The notes beneath the pieces are model-generated. The model was given only the letters and a program-made list of their open reading frames with translations, was not told where the DNA came from and searched no databases. The translations under genes and the position numbers were made by a program. DNA of 24,000 nucleotides from an uncultured Collinsella sp. (lineage in GTDB: Bacteria > Actinomycetota > Coriobacteriia > Coriobacteriales > Coriobacteriaceae), in contig USQQ01000001.1 of assembly GCA_900556875.1 (NCBI GenBank), positions 118,450 to 142,449 on the forward strand, written 5' to 3'. This document shows, piece by piece, positions 8,392 to 16,340 of this stretch (position 1 is the first letter of the stretch; the number at the start of each line of letters is the position of its first letter).

Positions 8392-8435
8392 TTTCACCGT
8401 AGCGGTGAAACGGTGAAAGCCCCTCCCCTTTCACC
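8392..8435. promoter_or_regulatory. Cluster of four TTTCACC/GGTGAAA half-sites in the divergent M42-operon/malY promoter region; candidate operator
   Basis: TTTCACC is at 8392-8398 and 8429-8435; GGTGAAA is at 8404-8410 and 8412-8418. The outer 12-bp arms GGGCTTTCACCG/CGGTGAAAGCCC (8388-8422) are perfectly complementary. The same TTTCACC-N5-GGTGAAA palindrome recurs at 11918-11936. Confidence 0.55.
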
Positions 8436-8577
8436 ACGGCCGTGCAATTACTGGGGATGGGGCTCCATATGCATCTTTGTCATACTTATCTGCAACATAC
8501 GCCGCTGATGCGAACCACGCCGGCGGTGTGCGACCCACATCCGCGGGTCGCGCCTATATCGCCGAGGAGGATACCTT

Positions 8578-9765
8578 ATGCCGGTTTACGACTTCGATTC
8601 CATGGCTGACCGCTCGCTCGATCACGCTCGCAAGTGGGACCCCGCCATCATCAAGCAGAAATTCCCTAAGGCTGGGGATGACTACATTCCCATGTGGATC
8701 GCCGACATGGACTTTGCCGCCGCCCCCGCAATCTGCATGCGTCTGGCCGAGGTAGCCCAAAACGGAGCATACGGCTATGGCTATGCGCACGACGGCTTTT
8801 ACAACGCCGTCATCAACTGGCAGCGCCGCCGCCATAACAACGAGGTCAAGCGCGAGTGGATCACACTCGCCTATGGAACCGTCCCGACCATCCACTACCT
8901 GTATCAGGCATTCTGCCAGCCCAACGACTGCGTCATCCTCAACACGCCGGTCTACGACCCCTTTGGCTACGCGGCGCACAACAACGGGTTCCGCGTAATC
9001 GAAAACCCGCTCATCTATCGCGATCGCACCTATCGCATCGACTTCGACCTGCTCGAGGAACAGATGGATCGTTTCCGTCCACGCGTGCACCTGTTCTGCT
9101 CGCCGCACAACCCCGGTGGTCGCATCTGGACGCTCGATGAAATCACCCGCGTCGCCGAGATCTGCCACAAGTACAACTGCTTACTGGTGGTCGATGAGGT
9201 TCACTGCGAGCACATCATGGCCGGCTCGTTCATCTCGGCCCTGCAGCTGCCCGAGCGTTATCTGGACAACCTTATCGTACTCACCTCGCCCAACAAGGGC
9301 TTTAATCTGGGCGGCCTCAAGACTTCCTACTCTATGATCCCCAGCGAGCGCATCCGCACTATCTTCCGCCATCGCCTGGAGATGAACTCTATTACCTCTC
9401 CCAACACGTTTGGCTGCGCCGCCATCATCGCCGCTTACGATGAGTCCGAGGAGTGGCTGGACCAGATCACCGACTATCTGCGCGAGTCTTATGCACAGAC
9501 CGCCGCCTTCATCGAGGAGAAGATGAAGGGTTGGGAGCTCATGCGTATGGATGCATCCTACCTACCGTGGGTGAACATCGCTGGCACGGGCGCCACGGCA
9601 ACCGAAATCTGCAACCACATGGCAGCGAAGGCGGGCGTCATCGTGGGCGATGGCACCTTCTATGTCGCGAACGGCGCCGACTTCGTGCGCTTGAACCTGG
9701 GCATGCCTCGCAAGCTGGTCATCGAGGCCATGGATCGCATGGCTACCCACCAGCTCATCAAGTAG
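8578..9765 (+). CDS. PLP-dependent C-S lyase / aminotransferase class I-II (MalY/PatB family cystathionine beta-lyase-like)
   Basis: 395-aa ORF with GAGGAGG upstream. Motifs include W.ADMDF, NPHNP.GR.W and SPNKGFNLGGLK (PLP lysine). Confidence 0.85.
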   Translation: MPVYDFDSMADRSLDHARKWDPAIIKQKFPKAGDDYIPMWIADMDFAAAPAICMRLAEVAQNGAYGYGYAHDGFYNAVINWQRRRHNNEVKREWITLAYGTVPTIHYLYQAFCQPNDCVILNTPVYDPFGYAAHNNGFRVIENPLIYRDRTYRIDFDLLEEQMDRFRPRVHLFCSPHNPGGRIWTLDEITRVAEICHKYNCLLVVDEVHCEHIMAGSFISALQLPERYLDNLIVLTSPNKGFNLGGLKTSYSMIPSERIRTIFRHRLEMNSITSPNTFGCAAIIAAYDESEEWLDQITDYLRESYAQTAAFIEEKMKGWELMRMDASYLPWVNIAGTGATATEICNHMAAKAGVIVGDGTFYVANGADFVRLNLGMPRKLVIEAMDRMATHQLIK

Positions 9766-9801
9766 ACCTCGCCCGCGTATCAAAGGCCCTCCTTTCATGC
9801 A

Positions 9802-9842
9802 ACGCCCGCCCGAGTATGTGCTCGAGCGGGCGTTGTTATTTA
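9802..9842 (+). terminator. Rho-independent terminator after the malY-like gene
   Basis: A 13-bp GC-rich stem (ACGCCCGCCCGAG / CTCGAGCGGGCGT, one mismatch) is followed by TGTTATTTAT. Confidence 0.6.
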
Positions 9843-9932
9843 TGAGTTGAAATGTCGCGAAGCGACAAGCGAGAAGGCGACCACCCGACGGAGGGCCTTT
9901 TTGACGTAGCCACCCCCGCTTGTACGCAAACC

Positions 9933-11843
9933 CTACGCACAACGCAACAGGGCGTCCAAGAACTCCTGGTAGCTTTTTGCATGGGAGATGGCGCGCACAG
10001 CACCGGGCTTGAGTAGCACACCCGAGATGTAATTGAACAGCTCGCCAAAAAACGCCCGGTCATCACGGGTAATCGACAGCATGATCACCGCATGCACCGT
10101 CGCGTTGTTCCACGCAAGGCCGCGCGGAAACAGAGCGACCGAGACGGCAGTGCGCTTGGCGTCCATATCGAGCGGGTGTGGCATCGCGATGTCACAGTAT
10201 GCACTGGAGCTGATGTCCTCACGCTCCAGTAGGCGCTCAGTAAAATTCTCAAACGCGTAGCCACCCTCGATCAGCGGCGCACTCATCTTGCAAATCGCAT
10301 CGCGCCAATCGTCAACCTCGGGCTCGATCGCAAAGAAATCCTCGGTGAAGAAGGTGCGCATGCTGCACTCAAGGTTTGTCCGCAGGCGCGCCTTAAGCAG
10401 CGCTTCGACACGCTCACGCATCAGCGAAATATCTTGCTTGCTAAAGAACGGAGAGACATTAACCACCGGTACCGGGCAATACCCCGACAGCGGCACGGTT
10501 GAAATCACGAGGTCAACGCGCGAGATGTCACCCGCCGCGTCGATGGCAGGCACGATACCCTCAACCACCACACAAGCATCAAGGGCATCGAGGAAACTGT
10601 CGATATGAGTCTCGTAGGCGTTGTGACGTGTGCACACCACCAGCGCATGCAGTTTATCGGCATTGGCGCGCTGCCCCTCCACCAAGCACCCCACGTGGAG
10701 CGCGATGTAGGCGATTTCGTCTTCGTTGACAGAAACGCCGGTCTCCGCAGCGATGACATCGGCGACAAACACCGCAACATCGTAAATAAACGGTTGACTG
10801 CTCTTGATGGCCTCGAGCTGCGGGTTACGCAACAGCATCCCGCAGCGCACGCGGGATAGCATATTGGCCAGATGCAGAGAGAAACGAAGCTCAAACTCGC
10901 CATCGCTCAAATTAAGCCCGAATTGATCGTGCACGCGCTCCACAATCGCACCCAACAGCTCGCGCGCATGCCGGTGCTCCGGGTCACTTGGTTCAAAACG
11001 ATTCGCATGAATCAAGTTTGCACCCAGCATCAAGCGGACGGCATCGCGATCGGCATCGGACACGAGCACAGAGAAAAGGTCCTCGATAGCCGCGCAAACC
11101 TCACCCGCCACCTCGTCAAGACCCTCGCGCGCCTCGTTACCGGCGGGCTGAGCCGCCTTGACCGTCGTCGGTACCGACTCGAACCCATTGCTTGTGCGCT
11201 CCACGAAGATGGCAATATGTATGATGAGGCTCGAGAGCGCATAGCCGTTGATGTAGAACCCGCGGCGCTTCAGGCATGCGTCGATGCGCTCCTGCAACTG
11301 CGCGAGGTCGAGCTTGGGGAAATAGCGATTGATAAGGTCGATTTGGCTGAAATAGTCCTTCGTCTCGTCAAAGATCAGCTGGTTGACCATCTTCTTCTCA
11401 CCCGATGCACTGCCCTCGATATACAGCGAGCCCGCGCGCGAACGCAGCACCAGGCCGTACCCGGACAACTCTCGTTTGATGGCAACCAGCTCATTATCGA
11501 GCGTCGCAAGCGAGATATAGAGGCTTTCCGCCAAATCAGCCGCGCGCACCTTGCGGTGGCGCATCAGCAGTTCAAACAGAATATAACGCTTGCGCGCCTC
11601 GGCCGTCTGCGGCACCTCGTTCGCCTGCTGCGACAGCAGCTGCGCCGCTGCTGTGGCATCCTCGATACGATAGCCCTTCGAGCTGGCAACAATCATGCCC
11701 TCATGGGTGCGATTCAGCGCGGTGATGTCGCTTTTGACAGTACGGGAAGAGCATCCAACCTGCGAAGCGATCTGAGACGCCGTGGTCCAGGACGCCCCGC
11801 TTTCGAGAATACGAACAATTTCCCTGCTTCGATCGGAACTCAC
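9933..11843 (-). CDS. PRD-domain PTS-controlled transcriptional activator (LicR/MtlR/ManR class: HTH, Mga-like wHTH, PRD1, PRD2, EIIB-like, EIIA-Mtl/Fru-like)
   Basis: 636-aa ORF. The N-terminal HTH is (..TASQIASQVGCSSRTVKSDI..). PRD-like histidines occur in IIHIAIFVER and YIALHVGC. There is a Cys-containing EIIB-like segment (ALVVCTRHN). The C-terminal EIIA motif is DIAMPHP. Confidence 0.8.
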   Translation of the reverse strand: MSSDRSREIVRILESGASWTTASQIASQVGCSSRTVKSDITALNRTHEGMIVASSKGYRIEDATAAAQLLSQQANEVPQTAEARKRYILFELLMRHRKVRAADLAESLYISLATLDNELVAIKRELSGYGLVLRSRAGSLYIEGSASGEKKMVNQLIFDETKDYFSQIDLINRYFPKLDLAQLQERIDACLKRRGFYINGYALSSLIIHIAIFVERTSNGFESVPTTVKAAQPAGNEAREGLDEVAGEVCAAIEDLFSVLVSDADRDAVRLMLGANLIHANRFEPSDPEHRHARELLGAIVERVHDQFGLNLSDGEFELRFSLHLANMLSRVRCGMLLRNPQLEAIKSSQPFIYDVAVFVADVIAAETGVSVNEDEIAYIALHVGCLVEGQRANADKLHALVVCTRHNAYETHIDSFLDALDACVVVEGIVPAIDAAGDISRVDLVISTVPLSGYCPVPVVNVSPFFSKQDISLMRERVEALLKARLRTNLECSMRTFFTEDFFAIEPEVDDWRDAICKMSAPLIEGGYAFENFTERLLEREDISSSAYCDIAMPHPLDMDAKRTAVSVALFPRGLAWNNATVHAVIMLSITRDDRAFFGELFNYISGVLLKPGAVRAISHAKSYQEFLDALLRCA

Positions 11844-11917
11844 GGCACCCTCCTATCATCGTCTCAGATAACTATACCTTCCGTCATAGGACCTGCCAAT
11901 TTCACGCGCATTCAAAT

Positions 11918-11936
11918 CTTTCACCGCGTAGGTGAA
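11918..11936. promoter_or_regulatory. TTTCACC-N5-GGTGAAA palindrome upstream of the PRD regulator / ldhA-like divergent pair
   Basis: TTTCACCgcgtaGGTGAAA lies 75 nt upstream of the regulator start (11843). It has the same architecture as TTTCACCgtagcGGTGAAA at 8392-8410. A further half-site-like TTTCACG lies about 20 nt upstream of it. Confidence 0.55.
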
Positions 11937-12102
11937 ATAGCAATCGTGGAAGTGCTGGTTATGCGATGTTGCAGCACGAAAAACCCGCCTATTATCGTAA
12001 CGACGATGAACGCGCCACGGGAACGGTATCCCCGAGCGCGGCGGACGGGCCACACGGGCACCGGCCGCGACGTATCATACGCCGACATAGAAAAGGAACG
12101 CT

Positions 12103-13092
12103 ATGAACATCAGACTGTTCGAATTGCGCGACGACGAGGTCGCCGCCTACATGCGCGCTGCCGCCAATCTTCCAGCAGGCTACTCCATCTCCTTTGACAC
12201 TCAAATCCTCTCCGAAGCTAACATTGACTCCGTTGCAGGCTGCGAGGGAATCATCATCAACAACAAATCCGTGATGTCCGCCGCTTTGGTGGAGCGCGCG
12301 CACGAGCTGGGCGTTCGTTACATCGCTATCCGCTGCGTCGGCTTCAACCACGTGGACGTCAAGCGCGCCCAGGAGCTGGGCATCAAGGTGTGCAACACCG
12401 CCTATCCGCCCTACGGCGTTGCCGAGTTCACCGTTATGCTCATCCTGATGGCCTTGCGCCGCTGCAAGGCCGCCATTTGGCGCCAGCAGGTGAATGACTA
12501 CTCCCTGGACGGGCTGCTGGGCCGCGAACTGCGCACGCTGACCGTGGGCGTGGTTGGCACCGGCCGCATTGGTCGCACCGTCATCGACAACCTCTCCGGC
12601 TTTGGCTGCAAGATCTTGGCCTACGATCCCTACCCCAATGCCGAGCTGGCAAACCGCGACAGCCTCGAGTACGTTGACATGGATACGCTCGTTGCCAACT
12701 CCGACGTCATCACCCTGCACGTGCCCCTCATGGACTCCACCCGCGGCATCATCAATGCCGATGCCATCGCCAAGATGCGCGAAGATGTGACCATCGTCAA
12801 CGTCTCGCGCGGTGAGCTCATCGACACCGATGCCGTCATCGAGGCGATTGAGTCCGAAAAGATCGGTGCGCTTGCTATGGACGTCTTCGAGGACGAAGTG
12901 GGCATCTACCATGAGAACCGTATGCACGACATTCTTGCCAACCGCAAGATGGCTTACCTACGCCAGTTCCCCAACGTGCTGCTCACCAACCACATCGCGT
13001 TCTACACCGATATCGATGTAAACTGCATGGTCGAGCAGGGCGTTGCCGCTGTTCCCGCTATGGTTGAGGGTACCTGTGCCACTCAATTGTAA
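12103..13092 (+). CDS. D-isomer-specific 2-hydroxyacid dehydrogenase (D-lactate dehydrogenase-like)
   Basis: 329-aa ORF with the NAD-binding motif VGVVGTGRIGR. The catalytic-domain pattern ..N.SRG.L.D..A..... E..G....DV.E.E is typical of LdhA-type enzymes. Confidence 0.8.
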   Translation: MNIRLFELRDDEVAAYMRAAANLPAGYSISFDTQILSEANIDSVAGCEGIIINNKSVMSAALVERAHELGVRYIAIRCVGFNHVDVKRAQELGIKVCNTAYPPYGVAEFTVMLILMALRRCKAAIWRQQVNDYSLDGLLGRELRTLTVGVVGTGRIGRTVIDNLSGFGCKILAYDPYPNAELANRDSLEYVDMDTLVANSDVITLHVPLMDSTRGIINADAIAKMREDVTIVNVSRGELIDTDAVIEAIESEKIGALAMDVFEDEVGIYHENRMHDILANRKMAYLRQFPNVLLTNHIAFYTDIDVNCMVEQGVAAVPAMVEGTCATQL

Positions 13093-13124
13093 TCACACCC
13101 ATTCAGCGCGATAGCGCACCGTAG

Positions 13125-13160
13125 CCCCCGTCGGAACTTAGGTCCGACGGGGATACTTTT
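13125..13160 (+). terminator. Rho-independent terminator after the ldhA-like gene
   Basis: A perfect 10-bp stem, CCCCGTCGGA (13125-13134) / TCCGACGGGG (13142-13151), is followed by ATACTTTTGTTCTT. Confidence 0.75.
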
Positions 13161-13509
13161 GTTCTTGGGCTTTGCCTTCTCAGCATGATATGGGCTCATA
13201 ACTCGTCGCAACGCGCCAGCGTGCAGAGCAATCTGGCAACGAAGGCGATGAACACACCACCGGATGAACTGCATCCTGGCCTTTTTGTTTTTAGAATCGT
13301 GTTGAGCGTGTCACTTGCCCCTGCTTGCAAGCCTGCTCCACCGGCCGCCGCGACTATCGCGCGCGATTGAGCACCTTACCAATCCCGATTGCATGGGCGC
13401 TGCGTCCATGCGCCTCTTTCCGTGTGGCGGATACGACCTTCCCGGTAGATGCCCCGCATCCTTGGTCGTATCTGCCTTTTTTGCTTTTGAGCGGCCCGCG
13501 CCGCACGTT

Positions 13510-13568
13510 TGTCTCAATCCGTAACATCTAACCGAACTTTTCGGTCCTACCTGTTACAGATTGAGACA
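13510..13568. promoter_or_regulatory. 17-bp inverted repeat at the left boundary of the TA repeat, overlapping a putative -35 element
   Basis: TGTCTCAATCCGTAACA (13510-13526) pairs with TGTTACAGATTGAGACA (13552-13568) at 16/17. The 25-nt spacer contains a nested ACCGAA/TTCGGT hairpin. TTGAGA in the right arm could serve as a -35. A degenerate version lies at 10-68. Confidence 0.5.
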
Positions 13569-13633
13569 ATTCAGCGGCGCCGACAATTTTTTATGACGTG
13601 GCACAATTATGTCCCAATGCGAAGGAGATACCT

Positions 13634-13900
13634 ATGCCCATCTGTGTGCCCGTCCGAGACATGAAGGACACTGCCACATTCACCGCACTTGTTGAGTCTG
13701 AGCGCGACGTCACCGTAACTAAGAACGGCTACGAGGCCATGCACTGCATCAGCAGCGACCAGTATCGCCTCATGCAAGAAGAAATCGCCAAAGCCAAGCT
13801 GCTGTCTCGTATGATGCTGGCAGAAGACGAGATATCGCAAGGCGACTACAGCGACTACGACTCCTTCGCGACCGCGATGCGAGACAAATATGACCTATAA
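13634..13900 (+). CDS. Type II antitoxin, Phd/YefM-like (copy 2)
   Basis: It differs from copy 1 at 8 of 88 residues and is intact. GAAGGAG precedes the ATG at 13634. Confidence 0.8.
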   Translation: MPICVPVRDMKDTATFTALVESERDVTVTKNGYEAMHCISSDQYRLMQEEIAKAKLLSRMMLAEDEISQGDYSDYDSFATAMRDKYDL

Positions 13901-14195
13901 CGTCGTAATACTCAAAAGCGCACGATATGAGCACGAGAGTATTGTCGGATACCTTGCTCAAATCCTCATGAATCCACGTGCAGCGGGCAATTTTGTCGCT
14001 GAGTTTGAATATCAGCTTGACCTGCTTCGCGAGCAGTCGCTCCTACGGCCCCTCTCCCACATACGGGAACTGGCGACACGCAATTATCGATCGTTTCCCG
14101 TCAACAACTACGCGTGCCTTTACAAGTTTGAGCGCGATGCGATCTATATCGCCCACGTCTTTCACCAGTCACAGGACTACGCCCGCCTGATCTAG
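13890..14195 (+). CDS. Type II toxin, RelE/ParE superfamily (copy 2)
   Basis: It differs from copy 1 at 9 of 101 residues and is intact. It has the same 11-nt overlap with its antitoxin. Confidence 0.8.
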   Translation: MTYNVVILKSARYEHESIVGYLAQILMNPRAAGNFVAEFEYQLDLLREQSLLRPLSHIRELATRNYRSFPVNNYACLYKFERDAIYIAHVFHQSQDYARLI

Positions 14196-14209
14196 CACGG
14201 CGGCACTCG

Positions 14210-14974
14210 CTAGCAAATGACCTGCGCGTGCTCCTCGATGGCGGCGCGATCTCCGTCAGCAATACCCGGTTCGCACACCACGGCGTCTAAATTGTCCAGG
14301 CGACAGAAGGTATAGAAATCGCGCTTGCCGATCTTGCTGGAGTCGGCGATCAGATAGCGCGAGTCCGCCTTGCTAAAGGCGAGCTGCTGGATACGGCCCT
14401 CGTCCATGTTGGACGTGGATACGTCACCGTCCAAGATACCGTTGGCGCCGATAAACGCCGCATCGATGCCCAGCGCACGTAGGGTATCCTCGGCCGTCGG
14501 CCCCACAAAAGCGGCAGTGCGGCGGCGGTACATACCGCCCACGAGGCACAGCTCGCAGTCTTCGCGCGCCTCGAGCAGGTTAAACACCGAAAGCGAATTG
14601 GTCACAATGCGCAGGCGAAACGTCGGCAGCATCGAGGCCATCTGCTCAACCGTGGTGCCCGTACCCAAGAAGATGGTCGAGCCTTCCTCGATAAGCTCCA
14701 CAGCGCGGCGCGCGATCTGCAGCTTTTCCTCGGCATGCTTAGTGCGCTTTTCGCTGTGCGAATACTCATGGCGCAGCATAGCGTGGGGACGGCCCTGTGC
14801 ACTGCGGGCTCCGCCATGCACGCGCTCGATCTCGCCTAGGCTCGCAAGTTCTTCGAGGTCGCGGCGAATCGTCATGTCCGAAACGCCCAGCGCATCCGAA
14901 ATCTCTTTGACCGAGACCGTACCCTGCTCCTCGAGCAGCTGACGAACCTTATCCTGTCGCTCTGCCTTAATCAC
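14210..14974 (-). CDS. DeoR/GlpR-family transcriptional repressor (AgaR/LacR-like)
   Basis: 254-aa ORF with an N-terminal HTH (..VSVKEISDALGVSDMTIRRDLEEL..) and a DeoR C-terminal sensor domain (..FLGTGTT..., ..AFIGANGI.., ..ADSSKIGKRDF..). Confidence 0.9.
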   Translation of the reverse strand: MIKAERQDKVRQLLEEQGTVSVKEISDALGVSDMTIRRDLEELASLGEIERVHGGARSAQGRPHAMLRHEYSHSEKRTKHAEEKLQIARRAVELIEEGSTIFLGTGTTVEQMASMLPTFRLRIVTNSLSVFNLLEAREDCELCLVGGMYRRRTAAFVGPTAEDTLRALGIDAAFIGANGILDGDVSTSNMDEGRIQQLAFSKADSRYLIADSSKIGKRDFYTFCRLDNLDAVVCEPGIADGDRAAIEEHAQVIC

Positions 14975-15180
14975 GATGAATCCTCGCCGTTCTTTGCGCG
15001 CATATCATTCAAACAGTAACGAACAAATTGTATCAGACTCGTACGCGTCAAAAATGAACGCCCGCACAGCTCCAATCATCACTTTTTTGAGAAAAATACC
15101 CCCAGCTTTAGTGGGGTGTAGTGATAATCTCGCCTGTTCGCGCTACAGTTTGTCGGAAATACCTCGATGTTAGGAACCAA

Positions 15181-16233
15181 ATGATCACTTCCGAGCTTTT
15201 CGGCACCGCGCCGTGCGGTACCCCCGTTCATCGTTACACCCTCGACGGGCCCGAGATCTGCGTTCGCATTATGGACTATGGCGCCACGGTGCTTGGTATC
15301 GATGTGCCCGACATTCCCGGCAACGTGCGCGATGTGGTGCTGGGCTTCGATAAGCTCGAGGATTACTTTGACAACCCCGCCTGCTTTGGCGCGACCATCG
15401 GCCCTGTGGCAAACCGCACCGCTGGCGCCACGATCGCCATCGACGGCACGGACTGGCATATGCCCGCCAACGAGGGCGCCAACAACCTGCACAGCGACCT
15501 TGAGCACGGCCTGCACAAACGTGTGTGGGATGTTGAGCTCGACGAGGTCCATAACGCCGTGCGCATGACCACCTCGCTTAAGGATGGCGAGCTGGGCCTG
15601 CCCGGCAACCGAACCTTTACGGCCGTGTTTACCGTTACGCGCACCGGCGTCTTCCGCATCGATTATGGCTGCGAGAGCGACCGCGCCACCTACGTGTCCA
15701 TGACCAACCACACGTACTTTAACCTTGCAGGCCATAACGCCGGCATGGACTGCGAACATTTCTTTGTCGCCAACGCCGCCCACTACCTGCCCATTAACGA
15801 GCAGAACATCCCCACCGGCGAGATTGCTCCGGTCGAGGGAACACCGTTTAACTTTCGCGAGCTTCGCCCCGTCGCACCCGGCATGGAGGCCGACGACCCG
15901 CAGATCAAGCAGGCCCGTGGCTACGATCACTGCCTGTGCATCGATGGCTATCAGTACGGCCGCAACCTGCGCCGCGCGATGCACGTCGAGGAGATGTGGA
16001 CCGGTCGTGAGATGGACTACTACACCACTGCCCCGGGCGTGCAGCTCTACACCGGCAACTGGCTGGGCGACGAGCACGCCAAGGACGATGCCAACTATGG
16101 CTGGGGCGCCGGCTTTGCCCTCGAGGCCGAGATGTACCCCGACACGCCGCACCAGCCTCTGTTCCCGCAGGGCATTGTGGGCCCGGGCCATCCCTACAGC
16201 AATGTGATCGAATACCACTTTATGAGGCACTAA
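15181..16233 (+). CDS. galM: Aldose 1-epimerase (galactose mutarotase)
   Basis: Motifs include GATI.., N.G.N.LH.. (NNLHSDL), TNHTYFNL, and GF.LE....PD. I prefer the ATG at 15181 (MITSELFG...) to the ORF-track start at 15121. Confidence 0.85.
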   Translation: MITSELFGTAPCGTPVHRYTLDGPEICVRIMDYGATVLGIDVPDIPGNVRDVVLGFDKLEDYFDNPACFGATIGPVANRTAGATIAIDGTDWHMPANEGANNLHSDLEHGLHKRVWDVELDEVHNAVRMTTSLKDGELGLPGNRTFTAVFTVTRTGVFRIDYGCESDRATYVSMTNHTYFNLAGHNAGMDCEHFFVANAAHYLPINEQNIPTGEIAPVEGTPFNFRELRPVAPGMEADDPQIKQARGYDHCLCIDGYQYGRNLRRAMHVEEMWTGREMDYYTTAPGVQLYTGNWLGDEHAKDDANYGWGAGFALEAEMYPDTPHQPLFPQGIVGPGHPYSNVIEYHFMRH

Positions 16234-16260
16234 GCCCGCAACGCGACATATCGCACAGCA

Positions 16261-16296
16261 GCGCCCGCCGGCACCACCGCCAGCGGGCGCTTTTTC
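16261..16296 (+). terminator. Rho-independent terminator after galM
   Basis: A GCGCCCGC (16261-16268) / GCGGGCGC (16283-16290) stem is followed by TTTTT. Confidence 0.75.
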
Positions 16297-16340
16297 ATCT
16301 TTTAGGCTCGTTTTTTCTGTGACTGTATGAGTGACATATC

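Larger units (their letters stand above)
13511..14250. repeat. Copy 2 of the ~740-bp direct repeat; partner at 11-750
   Basis: Same evidence as copy 1. In this copy the repeat continues into a full-length deoR. Confidence 0.9.

Noticed and set aside
9782-9901. A long-range inverted repeat, AAAGGCCCTCC / GGAGGGCCTTT, flanking the malY terminator
   Set aside because: It is only 11 bp with a ~100-nt spacer. It probably just adds to bidirectional termination between the convergent malY-like and regulator genes, which is not enough to call a separate element.
10872-12197. Long plus-strand ORF (441 aa) opposite the PRD regulator gene. Similar long antisense ORFs occur at 7422-8303, 5042-5878, 8554-9168, 11992-12927, 15079-16230, 19252-19911 and 22032-22868.
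   Set aside because: All are mirror-strand shadows of confidently recognised genes in GC-rich DNA. Their translations are low-complexity and rich in Arg/Ala/Gly/His, carry no family motifs and have no RBS.
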